This document shows positions 1 through 9,841 of a stretch of DNA of 64,000 nucleotides, in pieces; positions within the stretch are counted from its first letter, which is position 1, and every line of letters begins with the position of its first letter. Position numbers and translations under genes: made by a program. Source of the DNA: Prochlorococcus sp. AG-402-K10 (GTDB lineage: Bacteria > Cyanobacteriota > Cyanobacteriia > PCC-6307 > Cyanobiaceae); NCBI GenBank assembly GCA_003216835.1, contig QCIF01000007.1, forward strand, positions 5,385 to 69,384. The letters run 5' to 3'. The notes under the pieces were generated by a model. The model saw nothing but the letters and a program-made list of their open reading frames with translations, was not told the origin of the DNA and made no database searches.

Positions 1-448
1 CAATATCAAGCATCCCTAAATCTAGAACTGGATTCAATTCATCTAGTACAACTACTGAGTAAAGAGAACTAGCAATTGCACCTTTAGCAATATTCCAACC
101 TCTCTCAGCCTCACAAATATCAGATTTAGTCACTTGATCAGCATTAAAGAATTCCGATCTACCTGTCCTAACATGATCAATCAAATGTGGAAATCCTCTT
201 TGCAATGCTTCGATAGCTGAATCTTCGTCATATGACCTTTCAGGACCTTTCAGAAATCTGAGCAACAATACTCTTGACTGTCTTTTTTCGCATATTCCTA
301 AACCTATTGTTCTAAGGACAACACCCAAAGCTGCCTGACTCTTGCCTTTTCCTTCTCCATCATAAATATGTAGTTGACCTTTTGATCTTTCTTGACTGTC
401 ACTTGCGGTAACAATTCCAATCCCTCTATTTCTACTTATATTTGTCAA
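1..448 (-). CDS. cobO: cob(I)alamin adenosyltransferase (CobA/CobO/BtuR family), 5' portion; runs off the window edge
   Basis: Manual translation of the minus strand from TTG at 448 gives (M)TNISRNRGIGIVTASDSQERSKGQLHIYDGEGKGKSQAALGVVLRTIG...VVVLDELNPVLDLGML. This has the GxGKGKS P-loop and the VVLDE Walker B motif. Not in the ORF track because it is truncated; start position approximate. Confidence 0.85.
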   Translation of the reverse strand, partial: MTNISRNRGIGIVTASDSQERSKGQLHIYDGEGKGKSQAALGVVLRTIGLGICEKRQSRVLLLRFLKGPERSYDEDSAIEALQRGFPHLIDHVRTGRSEFFNADQVTKSDICEAERGWNIAKGAIASSLYSVVVLDELNPVLDLGMLDI

Positions 449-554
449 TTGAATAAGGTGAGTAAATTTAATCTAAGATAAAGTAATGAATATTATTAAA
501 AATTTAATAATAAATTCAACCTATTAATATTTTCTCAATTTTAAAGTAATTAGT

Positions 555-1379
555 ATGTTCCATCAAATAGAAATTCTCTCTAATGAACAAAATAGAAAAC
601 TTAATGCAATCAGAAGTTTTATCAAGAATCTTAATAGTGTTTGTGTTGCTTATTCAGGTGGCGTTGATAGCACATTGGTAACTTCATTAGCATTCGAGCA
701 ATTAGGTAGCAAAGCAATTGCTATTACAGGTGTTTCACCTGCATTAGCCAAAACACTACTTGAAGAAGCAAGAAGCCAAGCAAAATGGATTGGGGTTAAA
801 CATTTAGAAATTGAGACGGCAGAATTAGATAAAGAACATTATAGTAAAAACCCAAAAGATAGGTGTTTTGCATGCAAAAAAGAACTTCACAAACACACAA
901 CATATTTGTCTAAAAAGCTGAATTACAAAATTGTTTTAGATGGAGTCAATTTAGATGATCTTGGAGATTATAGGCCTGGTATTCAGGCAGCCAAAAAGGC
1001 AGGAGTTGTTTCTCCCCTTGTTTTATTTAACTTTACAAAGAAAGATATAAGGGATATTTCAAAAGCATTAGGCTTTCCTTGGTGGGACAAACCTGCGCAA
1101 CCTTGCTTATCATCAAGATTTCCTTATGGCTATGAAATAACCAATAAAAGACTAAAAATGGTTGAGAAAGCTGAAGAATACTTAAAAAAAGGTGGAATAT
1201 CAGAAGTGCGAGTTAGATGTCAAGGTTCAACCGCCAGAATCGAAATTCCCCAAAATCAATTACAATATTTTTTTAAGAAATATGATTTTAATGAATTAGT
1301 TAATTATTTCTCTAATTTAGGATTTAAGTGTACAAGCCTAGATCTGGAAGGATTAATAAGTGGAAAATTAAATAGATAA
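555..1379 (+). CDS. larE: LarE-family ATP-dependent sulfur transferase (PP-loop, TIGR00268-like)
   Basis: SGGVDS PP-loop, NPKDRCFACK, PGIQAA, QPCLSSRFPYG, EVRVR motifs. Confidence 0.88.
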   Translation: MFHQIEILSNEQNRKLNAIRSFIKNLNSVCVAYSGGVDSTLVTSLAFEQLGSKAIAITGVSPALAKTLLEEARSQAKWIGVKHLEIETAELDKEHYSKNPKDRCFACKKELHKHTTYLSKKLNYKIVLDGVNLDDLGDYRPGIQAAKKAGVVSPLVLFNFTKKDIRDISKALGFPWWDKPAQPCLSSRFPYGYEITNKRLKMVEKAEEYLKKGGISEVRVRCQGSTARIEIPQNQLQYFFKKYDFNELVNYFSNLGFKCTSLDLEGLISGKLNR

Positions 1380-1389
1380 GAATTTCAAT

Positions 1390-1824
1390 TTAAACTTTTG
1401 CCCTAATCTGATGATGAACTGTTGGGGGTGGGGTTCTATTAATAATACGCAAGAGATGTTCTTCAGCCATCAAAACTTCAATTAAATATTTACTAGCTCT
1501 TTCAGGATTCATATTTTTGCCACATGTAAAGATGTCTACCGCACAATAATTTGATTCAGGCCATGTATGAATCGAAAGATGAGATTCGGCGAGTAATGCA
1601 ATTGCTGTCACGCCCTGAGGTTCAAATTTATTACTTATCAGATTTAGAACTGTTGCATTGGCACATTTTGCAGCATTGGTTATTGTACAACGTAAAAAGG
1701 ATTCATCATTTAATTTTTCGTAATCACATCTATAAAGCTCTAACAAAAGGTGCTTAGTATTGTAAACTAAATCATCTTCATTACTGAATGCTTTGAAAAT
1801 TTGATTTTTATTGGAGAGATCCAT
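1390..1824 (-). CDS. speD: S-adenosylmethionine decarboxylase proenzyme (SpeD family)
   Basis: LLAESHLSIHTWPE pyruvoyl self-cleavage motif, AVDIFTCG. Confidence 0.9.
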   Translation of the reverse strand: MDLSNKNQIFKAFSNEDDLVYNTKHLLLELYRCDYEKLNDESFLRCTITNAAKCANATVLNLISNKFEPQGVTAIALLAESHLSIHTWPESNYCAVDIFTCGKNMNPERASKYLIEVLMAEEHLLRIINRTPPPTVHHQIRAKV

Positions 1825-1876
1825 TAATGAAATTTATATAAATTATAGATTAGCGAAAAAACGCACCTTTTTAAAA

Positions 1877-2989
1877 TCATAAGTAAATCATTTGTGAAGA
1901 ACCTAAAAAAGACTGATGAAACTTATTTAGATGTGTTGCGCTTATAAGACATTGGCTATCTTTACCAACAGAATTTAATAATATATTTTGTCTTGTTATA
2001 TCTAGTTCTGCCAACACATCATCCAATATCAATATTGGTGGTTCATTGAATGTTTTACGCAATAAGTCCAGCTCAGCCATTTTCAGAGCCAAGATAAAAG
2101 TGCGTTGCTGGCCAGATGAACCATATTTTCTTACTGAAATATTATTAATAAGAAACTCTATATCGTCACGATGGGGGCCCACATTGCACTTACCGGTTAA
2201 TGCCTCTATTGAACGCTGCTTATATAATTGATCTGCTATTTTCTTGCTAATTTCTTCTTCTTCTTCTTCTTGAAGTATATTATCTATCCCAGAAAGATAA
2301 TTTATGCCAATTTGCTCTTTAGATTTGCTCAAGTGACTATGCCAATATTCAACATATGGTTTAATTTTTAATAAAGCTCTTCTTCTACGCCTAAAGATCC
2401 TTGTACTTATTAATGACATTTGAATATCAAAACTGTCAATAATTTCTGAAACTTGATCTTTTATAAAACTTTCTGAACGCCAAAAATGACTTCTTTGTTT
2501 TAAAAGCCTATTAAATCTACTAAGCAATTCAACATATACTGGTTCAAGCTGAGACACAACCTTATCTATCCATATTCTTCGATAACTGGGTTCACTTCTA
2601 ACAATATCTATATCATTCGAACAAAAACATATACTCCGAATATAATTCTTTATGTCACTATGTCTTTTCAATAATGTGTCATTTACATAGACTTTTTTAG
2701 CCCCTTTTCTCAATAAATGCACTTTTAAGTCATCATTAAAATCAATTTGACCACAAATAACCGCCAACTCACTATCATTTTCTATTAAATCTTTATCACT
2801 TAATGATCTACTAGATTTTAATTGGCTAAGAAATTCAACTGATTCAAGTAAATTTGACTTGCCAATGCCATTACAGCCTAAAAAAATGGCTCTTTGCTCC
2901 ATGAGATTAATTTCGAAACTTTTATGGTTACGAAAATTATTTACTTTTAAGTTATTTAAGAAAATTTGTTTTATGCATTCCTTTGTCAA
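1877..2989 (-). CDS. recF: DNA replication/repair protein RecF
   Basis: NFRNH, Walker A GCNGIGKSN, GSSGQQR signature, ILDDVLAELD. The track start (3070) lies inside tRNA-Arg, so the in-frame TTG at 2989 is preferred. Confidence 0.93.
   Translation of the reverse strand: MTKECIKQIFLNNLKVNNFRNHKSFEINLMEQRAIFLGCNGIGKSNLLESVEFLSQLKSSRSLSDKDLIENDSELAVICGQIDFNDDLKVHLLRKGAKKVYVNDTLLKRHSDIKNYIRSICFCSNDIDIVRSEPSYRRIWIDKVVSQLEPVYVELLSRFNRLLKQRSHFWRSESFIKDQVSEIIDSFDIQMSLISTRIFRRRRRALLKIKPYVEYWHSHLSKSKEQIGINYLSGIDNILQEEEEEEISKKIADQLYKQRSIEALTGKCNVGPHRDDIEFLINNISVRKYGSSGQQRTFILALKMAELDLLRKTFNEPPILILDDVLAELDITRQNILLNSVGKDSQCLISATHLNKFHQSFLGSSQMIYL
2252..2269 (+). repeat. (TTC)6 trinucleotide run encoding a poly-Glu tract (EEEEEE) in RecF
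   Basis: ttcttcttcttcttcttc read directly; minus strand gives GAA x6. Confidence 0.8.
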
Positions 2990-3042
2990 ATTAGCTAAAT
3001 TTAAAATATTTAGATTTTCTTTAAAGAAATTGAAAAATTTTA

Positions 3043-3116
3043 GGGCATGTAGCTCAGTTGGATAGAGCATCAGATTCCGGTTCTGAGAGTCGGGGGTTCG
3101 AATCCCTCCATGCTCG
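3043..3116 (+). tRNA. tRNA-Arg(CCG)
   Basis: GGGCATG/CATGCTC acceptor stem, GCTC/GAGC D stem, TCAGA-TTCCGGT-TCTGA anticodon arm, GGTTCGAATCC T loop; CCA not encoded. Confidence 0.97.
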
Positions 3117-3128
3117 TATCAGAAAAAC

Positions 3129-3575
3129 TTAAAGTTTATAAACCATTACTCTAATTCCATTTGGATCTAAGATGAATCCACTTTCTTCTAAACTTTTAAA
3201 GGAGGAAACTGGAGCTTGTACAGAAATACTGCATCCTGGCATTTGCCTATTGATTTTTTCAAGTGTTACTTGAAGAAGTATCGAATAAAAAAGTGTCTGA
3301 TTGTCGCCTGATTGAGCACTTAAGTTCCATAAATTAGCATTTAATCCTCTATCTGAAGTCACCCTAACAAACCCATAGATTTTTTTTTCAGATTCGTTTT
3401 GTATGGTACAAAAGAAATTGCTTTTCTGAATAGCTAAAGACAATGCTTTTATTGGAAACGTGTCACAGCCACAATTAGCTAATAGTTTATTTACATCCTT
3501 AGCTAATGGAACATGAACAGAATTAACAAAATAACCCTCTGGAAGAATAAGTTTTTTTTTAGAAAAATATTGCAA
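3129..3575 (-). CDS. GNAT-fold (N-acetyltransferase-like) protein
   Basis: YGFVRVTSDRGLNANLWNL and ESGF resemble cyanobacterial GNAT proteins; TTG start 3 nt after the ppc stop. Confidence 0.7.
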   Translation of the reverse strand: MQYFSKKKLILPEGYFVNSVHVPLAKDVNKLLANCGCDTFPIKALSLAIQKSNFFCTIQNESEKKIYGFVRVTSDRGLNANLWNLSAQSGDNQTLFYSILLQVTLEKINRQMPGCSISVQAPVSSFKSLEESGFILDPNGIRVMVYKL

Positions 3576-3578
3576 TTA

Positions 3579-6548
3579 TTAACCTGTATTTCTCATACCT
3601 GCAGCTATACCATTAATAGTCAAAAGTGCTCCCCTTAATAATTCACTTCGGCTATAAGCTCTTTTAGATTCATCTTTATCAATGAGGGCCTCACTAATTG
3701 GAGGTTGTCTTGTTTGGTCTCGAAGCCTTCTTAAAAGTGAAACTTGCAAAAATCCTAAAGGAATTATTGTTTTGTTTCTTAAATTTACAGATGATCTTAA
3801 GTCTCTATCAGACTCAAGAAGCTTATTTTTACCAGTAATCTCAAGTATTAAAGATTTTGTAAGATTATATTCTTTAGAAATTACATCAAAAATAACCTCA
3901 AAAGAATCTCTATTCTTTGGACTGCCTAGAGTATCTACATAATATTTCGCGACTTCTAAATCTACTTTAGATAATGTCATTTCTACTTTTGATATAAGCA
4001 TCCTAAAAAAAGGCCATCTTTGGTGAAGTACCCTTAATAATTCGATTTGTTGGGGATCAGATTTTAATTCTTCTGACAGTGCAGTTCCTACACCAAACCA
4101 ACTTGGTAAAAGGAATCTACTTTGTGTCCAGCCAAAAACCCATGGAATAGCTCTTAAACTTGATAAATCCTTAGCGCCTTTTTTTCTTCTAGCAGGTCTA
4201 CTTGATATCTGTAATTTACTAATTTCTTCGATTGGAGTAACTTCTTGAAAGAACATTAACAAATCAGGATTCTCATGAACTAATTTTCTATAGTGCGATC
4301 TTGATGTTTCTGCTAACCTAGTCATTAGTTCATTCCATTCCAGGGTTGCATCAAGCCTATTATTCACTAAACTATTCTGAATAACTGCTGTAATAACAGT
4401 TTCCAAATTATACAAAGCTAGCTCAGGAAGACTATATTTAGAAGCTAAAACTTCTCCTTGTTCTGTTATTTTTATTCTTCCTTTTAGGGTCCCACTTGGC
4501 TGAGCTAATATGGCTTGATAAGCAGGGCCTCCGCCTCGCCCAACAGAACCTCCTCTACCGTGAAAAAGTCTTAGCAGTATATTATTTTTACTTGAAAGAT
4601 TTTGAAGAGCTATTTGAGCTCTATGAATTTCCCAATTACTAGAAAGGAATCCTGAATCTTTATTACTATCTGAGTAACCTAGCATTAATTCCTGAAGAGG
4701 TTTAAAAGATTCACCAACTTTTGGTAACAGTGATCTATATAAATCTAATTGAAATAACTTATCCATTACTTCTGGAGCTCTTTTAAGGTCCTCCACGGTT
4801 TCGAAAAGAGGAACAACTAACAGTTTTGACTGCTGCGAATTTTGATCCAAAAGTCCCATCTCTTTTGCTAGAAGAAGTACTTCAAGCAAATCAGATGCGC
4901 TATGACTCATTGAAATTACATAAGAATGACAAATACGACTTCCAAATTCTTCTTGCAGCCTCTTAACCATTTTAAAAACACAAAAGGTTTCTTCTGTACT
5001 TTTACTCCAATTAACATCTGAAGGAATTAAAGGCCTTTTTGTATCTAGCTCTTCTATTAACCATTCAATTTTCTGTTCCTCAGACATCTGATCATATTGA
5101 AAAGGCAAATCAAGGTAATTTGAAAGCTCTTGAATTGCATCACTGTGCCTAGTACTCTCTTGACGTATATCCAAACTTGCTAAAGAGAACCCAAAAATAT
5201 GTACCTGTGTTAGTAATGTATTTACCGCTTGGCAACTTAACTCTGTACTATTAAGACTATTCTGTATTAATTCAAGATCATAAGTAAATTCCTGTACTGA
5301 TTTGTAGTGCAATTTTTCATATTGTTCAAGATGTTCAGTATCTGATCGTCCTTCTAAAACAATCTTCCACCCACTTTCTGCTAATAGATTATTTCTTTCT
5401 TGAGTTAGTCTCAATTTTTCTAAAATATAACTTAATTTCAATCTGTAAGGCTCTGCCCTATATCTTGTTGCACGTGCTTCATAAATTTCCGGGAAGTTGA
5501 CTCTATCAGTTTCAAGTGATTCCAATAGAGAAGAACTTACTTGGCTCCATTGCATTGAAACGCTTAATTGATCTCTAAGATTGGATATCGCCTTAATATA
5601 TCTTTCTAACATTAATTTTCTTTGATAGCAGGCAGTTCTCCATGTTATTTCCGGGGTTACAGATGGATTACCATCCCTATCAGAACCTACCCAAGAACCA
5701 AAGTTACAGAATGATTCAGATGGCATCTGTACATCTGGATAATTTTCGGTAAGCGCTGAAGCAATTCTACCTTTTAACTGAGGCATGGCATTAAAAAGAA
5801 CTTGTTGAAAATAATGCAAAGCATAATCAACTTCGTCTAATACTGAAGGCTTGAATTGGTGCAGTTCATCCGTCCTCCACCAAAGTCTTACTTCCTCTTT
5901 TAACTGTGTTTTTAAAGAATTAATTTCTTGTATTGTTAAAACGTTCTCTCCCTGTATTTTTTTTAAGAGGTTTGCAACTCTAGTTTGCTTATGCCTAATT
6001 GTATGTCGTACTATCTCTGTCGGATGCGCCGTAAAGACCAAACGAATATCCATTTCCTGCAATAATTCCTCTAATTTACCAGGAGGAACATTTAATTTCC
6101 TAAGCCTATAAAACAATTCTCTAAAGGTTACAGGTGCATTTTGCCTAGCCAATGCAGGAGCAAAAGGATCAAGATTATCGGGGGACTTGTGAACATTCTT
6201 ATTCGTAAAGCTATGAATATACCTATCTTCCTCGACTCTTTGCTCCAAAATATTAACTAGTTGAAAATATAATGAAAAAGCTCTTGCCGCAGAGATTGAT
6301 TCTGCCAAATCCATAGAATTGACAATATCAACTATCCCATTTTTAAATTTTTTTGAAGTATGCTCATCAACTGGGGTGGAATAACTTAGTTCTTTAAGCT
6401 GTATTAAACGCTCGGCCTGTTCATATGGACATTCTTCTCTTAAGACTGATTCCCACAAATCTTCTATCAATGCACGATTTTTATCTAGCGGATCATTGTT
6501 ACTTATAAGATCCACCTTATTATTTGTTAATTGTTCTATAGATTCCAT
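3579..6548 (-). CDS. ppc: phosphoenolpyruvate carboxylase
   Basis: [44 protein letters not shown]-terminal MRNTG. Confidence 0.98.
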   Translation of the reverse strand: MESIEQLTNNKVDLISNNDPLDKNRALIEDLWESVLREECPYEQAERLIQLKELSYSTPVDEHTSKKFKNGIVDIVNSMDLAESISAARAFSLYFQLVNILEQRVEEDRYIHSFTNKNVHKSPDNLDPFAPALARQNAPVTFRELFYRLRKLNVPPGKLEELLQEMDIRLVFTAHPTEIVRHTIRHKQTRVANLLKKIQGENVLTIQEINSLKTQLKEEVRLWWRTDELHQFKPSVLDEVDYALHYFQQVLFNAMPQLKGRIASALTENYPDVQMPSESFCNFGSWVGSDRDGNPSVTPEITWRTACYQRKLMLERYIKAISNLRDQLSVSMQWSQVSSSLLESLETDRVNFPEIYEARATRYRAEPYRLKLSYILEKLRLTQERNNLLAESGWKIVLEGRSDTEHLEQYEKLHYKSVQEFTYDLELIQNSLNSTELSCQAVNTLLTQVHIFGFSLASLDIRQESTRHSDAIQELSNYLDLPFQYDQMSEEQKIEWLIEELDTKRPLIPSDVNWSKSTEETFCVFKMVKRLQEEFGSRICHSYVISMSHSASDLLEVLLLAKEMGLLDQNSQQSKLLVVPLFETVEDLKRAPEVMDKLFQLDLYRSLLPKVGESFKPLQELMLGYSDSNKDSGFLSSNWEIHRAQIALQNLSSKNNILLRLFHGRGGSVGRGGGPAYQAILAQPSGTLKGRIKITEQGEVLASKYSLPELALYNLETVITAVIQNSLVNNRLDATLEWNELMTRLAETSRSHYRKLVHENPDLLMFFQEVTPIEEISKLQISSRPARRKKGAKDLSSLRAIPWVFGWTQSRFLLPSWFGVGTALSEELKSDPQQIELLRVLHQRWPFFRMLISKVEMTLSKVDLEVAKYYVDTLGSPKNRDSFEVIFDVISKEYNLTKSLILEITGKNKLLESDRDLRSSVNLRNKTIIPLGFLQVSLLRRLRDQTRQPPISEALIDKDESKRAYSRSELLRGALLTINGIAAGMRNTG

Positions 6549-6601
6549 ATAATTATTATGTCACAATTGAATATGTTCATATCAAATATTAGTTTAAATT
6601 A

Positions 6602-7720
6602 TTAAATACTTTCTTTTTCAATTTTTTCCATATCATCAATAGCAAATCTCATTATTTCCTCAATAGATAGTCCTTTTTCATATTGTTTTATCCATTTCAT
6701 AGATTGATTACCCTCTTCTAGAACTCTATAGATAGGTTTCAAAAGATGATTCATATTAAACTTTTCAGCAGTACGCGATAAATCTGCGAGTAAATTTTCT
6801 ATCCATTCGGTACAAATCATTTTTCTGCCATCTTTCCAATGAATTAACTCTGCATTTAAACTATTTGTTGCAGCATGAATTTCATTTTGATCACATATTT
6901 TTGATAATTCATCCAAAGAAAAAATACTTGAATTCATAGGGTCTAACGTTTCTATATTTTCAAATAAATTTAAAATTCGCAATTCTAGCAAGGCTGTTAT
7001 TCCTAACAACAAATTAATATCTGAAACGAAGTCGCAGACTCTTAATTCCAAGCGGTCCAAAATTAAAGGCCTGTCAGGACCATTAGGTCTAATCGATGAC
7101 CAGAGATGTCTAATGTTTTGCATATTCCCATTGGCTATATTCCTCTTAATCCACTTAATATAGCTTTCATGATTTATAAAAAAAGGTACTTCTTTTGGTG
7201 TTTTTGGAAATTGAATCCACCTCTGCGAGTGATTATTAGTAATTTCATTGTTTAAGAAAGGTGAGCTAGCACTTATAGAAAGATACAGAGCAGCCTCACA
7301 CCTAACCAATCTAATAGCAGCAAAAAGTTGCTCTAAATTATCAATACCTATATTGATGTGAACACTTGAAGTAGCAATGGATATTCCATAATTATCTTGT
7401 ATAAATTGATGATAAATATTATCAATATCAGAGCGTTGAAATCGACTATTATGTCTAAAGCAAAGCGTAGATGAAGGAATAATAGTCAAATCTCTCTTTC
7501 GTAACCATTTTCTTAAATTGACTCTTGGAGTTAATAATTTACTATATATACCTTTATAGTCTTTTCCCGGAGTAGTTATATATTCAACATTCCTCTTATC
7601 AGGCTCTTTAACAAAATTAGAAAATGTTTTTTCAATCTCATCTGAAACTCCAATATGAGAATCTAGAGTACCTGTGAAGAGCTCGACCTCAAAACCCTTA
7701 TATAAATTATCAATAATCAT
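6602..7720 (-). CDS. gshA: glutamate--cysteine ligase (cyanobacterial GCS2 type)
   Basis: GFEVELFTG, RNVEY, SSVHINIG, SASSPF, RLELRVCD. Confidence 0.85.
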   Translation of the reverse strand: MIIDNLYKGFEVELFTGTLDSHIGVSDEIEKTFSNFVKEPDKRNVEYITTPGKDYKGIYSKLLTPRVNLRKWLRKRDLTIIPSSTLCFRHNSRFQRSDIDNIYHQFIQDNYGISIATSSVHINIGIDNLEQLFAAIRLVRCEAALYLSISASSPFLNNEITNNHSQRWIQFPKTPKEVPFFINHESYIKWIKRNIANGNMQNIRHLWSSIRPNGPDRPLILDRLELRVCDFVSDINLLLGITALLELRILNLFENIETLDPMNSSIFSLDELSKICDQNEIHAATNSLNAELIHWKDGRKMICTEWIENLLADLSRTAEKFNMNHLLKPIYRVLEEGNQSMKWIKQYEKGLSIEEIMRFAIDDMEKIEKESI

Positions 7721-9241
7721 TTATTTATCCAAACAAGATAAAGCTTTAAAAATTCCTTTGGCTTTATTAATAGTCTCTTGATATTCACTTTCAGGAGAAG
7801 AATCTGCAACTATTCCCGCTCCAGCTTGAACTGAAACATTATATGAAGCATTACTTGTAGGAGTAACAATCATGGTTCTTATTGTGATTGCCGTATTTAA
7901 TGCACCATTAATATCTATAGATCCATAAACACCTGCATAAGGTCCTCTTGCATCTTTTTCGAAGCTATTTATCAATTGCATAGCTCTTATTTTCGGTGCC
8001 CCAGTTACTGTACCAGCAGGAAAACATGCTTTTAGCAAATCCCATACGTCAGTATTGTTTTTTAAGACCCCTTCCACCTCACTTACGATGTGCATAACAT
8101 GTGAATATTTTTCAATAACCATTAAATCTTTGACCTCTACAGTCCCAACTTCACAAACTCTTCCCAAATCATTTCTTCCAAGATCTATAAGCATTACATG
8201 CTCAGCTATCTCTTTTGGATCATTTAATAAATCTTTTTCTAATTGTAGATCTTGTTGTGTATCTTTTCCTCTAGGTCTAGTACCAGCAATTGGTCTTAAG
8301 CTTGCTACGATTTGATTATTTTTATTTTTCTCAGCTTTAACCATAACTTCTGGACTAGAACCTATTAGATACCAAGAACCAAAATCAAAAAAAGCCATAT
8401 AAGGAGATGGATTAACCATCCTTAAACTTCTATATAAATTAAAAGGATCATTATTAACATTCGATTGAAATCTCTGACTGAGAACAATTTGGAAGACATC
8501 TCCTTTTCTTATATATTCCTTAGCAGAGAGTACTGCATTTTCAAAATCCCTTTTCTCCCAATTACTTGTAAAATTAAAATTAATATTCTCATGTTCATTC
8601 CAATCTAAAAACTCTGTTTCTTTTAGAGGAACTCTCATTAAATTTCTAATTTCATTGATTTTACTTATAGATTCTTGATAAATTGCTTCAATCGAAAGAC
8701 CTCTTGAAGAATCTATATCAGCATATTTTATTGCAGTTATACATCTTTTGATTTGATCAAAAATCACTAATTGATCAAAAAACATCCAAGATCCATAAGG
8801 AATATCTTTCGAATCTATATGATTGATTTTTACACTAGGCTCAATTCGATTTATTAATTCATAACCCCAAGAACCATATAATTGTCCAACAGATGGGAAA
8901 TCATTCAGGCTAAATGATTTATATTCCTCTGTCCAATCCCTCAATATTTTAAAGGGATCGCCATTATATATTTCAGTTTTACCATTATTCCAAGTTTTAA
9001 CTATTTCCTCTCCACAACATACTGCTTCCCAAAGTGGCTTTGTGGCAACAATACTCCATCTACCTAAATTTTCTCCGCCCTCAACCGACTCAAGAAACAC
9101 GCCATGTGAATCCTTATCAGATAATTTCAACCATGTTGATAGAGGAGTTTCTAGATCTGCCGGCCAAGTTTGAGTGATAGGTATAAAATTCTTCCCATCT
9201 TCGTAAGCCTTTAAGAAACTATCCTTATTAGAACTGATCAT
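7721..9241 (-). CDS. trpE: anthranilate synthase component I
   Basis: FLESVEGGE, VFQIVLSQRF, PIAGTRPRG, AEHVMLIDLGRNDLGRV, FPAGTVTGAPK. Confidence 0.92.
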   Translation of the reverse strand: MISSNKDSFLKAYEDGKNFIPITQTWPADLETPLSTWLKLSDKDSHGVFLESVEGGENLGRWSIVATKPLWEAVCCGEEIVKTWNNGKTEIYNGDPFKILRDWTEEYKSFSLNDFPSVGQLYGSWGYELINRIEPSVKINHIDSKDIPYGSWMFFDQLVIFDQIKRCITAIKYADIDSSRGLSIEAIYQESISKINEIRNLMRVPLKETEFLDWNEHENINFNFTSNWEKRDFENAVLSAKEYIRKGDVFQIVLSQRFQSNVNNDPFNLYRSLRMVNPSPYMAFFDFGSWYLIGSSPEVMVKAEKNKNNQIVASLRPIAGTRPRGKDTQQDLQLEKDLLNDPKEIAEHVMLIDLGRNDLGRVCEVGTVEVKDLMVIEKYSHVMHIVSEVEGVLKNNTDVWDLLKACFPAGTVTGAPKIRAMQLINSFEKDARGPYAGVYGSIDINGALNTAITIRTMIVTPTSNASYNVSVQAGAGIVADSSPESEYQETINKAKGIFKALSCLDK

Positions 9242-9300
9242 ATTAATAATGTCAGTCCGAATTATAAATAAGTTTTTCTTTTATATCAACTTTTGGAAAT

Positions 9301-9723
9301 TTATTCAAAAGTTTTTTTAGTTGAAAACTTCAACCCTGCAGGATTAGGGTTCTCACCTATCCTTCTTGGGTTATGGCCAACTATCTCTCTACCCTCATTA
9401 ACTTTTTCAGGAAATACTCCATCTTTAGGATGTAAATACTCAATATCTCCACCAGGAAAAACTCTATAAATTTTAAAGTCTTCAATTCTAGGTTTGAAAC
9501 CTCTTAATTGTGTGCCTAGTGCAAGACATTGTTCTTTCCTTGCGAAATACATTAAATTATCCCCTTCATGCATTACAGCTGCACCACCAGTAGGTAATTC
9601 AAATGCTTGTTCTTTGGAGCTATTCCATACAATTGCATATTTTTCTTCAGTTTCTGCTGAGTTTAATAACCCTCCAGTACTACCTATATGCTTTGGTAAT
9701 TGACCAACTAAAGTTTCAGTCAT
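9301..9723 (-). CDS. psaD: photosystem I reaction centre subunit II (PsaD)
   Basis: [28 protein letters not shown]. Confidence 0.98.
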   Translation of the reverse strand: MTETLVGQLPKHIGSTGGLLNSAETEEKYAIVWNSSKEQAFELPTGGAAVMHEGDNLMYFARKEQCLALGTQLRGFKPRIEDFKIYRVFPGGDIEYLHPKDGVFPEKVNEGREIVGHNPRRIGENPNPAGLKFSTKKTFE

Positions 9724-9841
9724 CCTAATTTTTAAGTTATTTATAATAAGAAACTAGCATTACTATTTTACAAATCTCCAATTTATTATGAAAGTTTCTA
9801 CATTATTTAATAAATTTAAAAAATATATTTAATTTCTTTTT

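Noticed and set aside
2990-3070. N-terminal extension of the recF ORF into tRNA-Arg(CCG)
   Set aside because: An in-frame TTG at 2989 gives a normal RecF N-terminus just before the NFRNH motif; the extension is antisense tRNA sequence
9724-9841. RpaB/HLR1-like TTACA half-sites upstream of psaD (also examined upstream of psaC, srrA and the sigma factor)
   Set aside because: Only single half-sites or wrongly spaced pairs were found (8 nt instead of 10 nt at psaD), which is not distinguishable from AT-rich background
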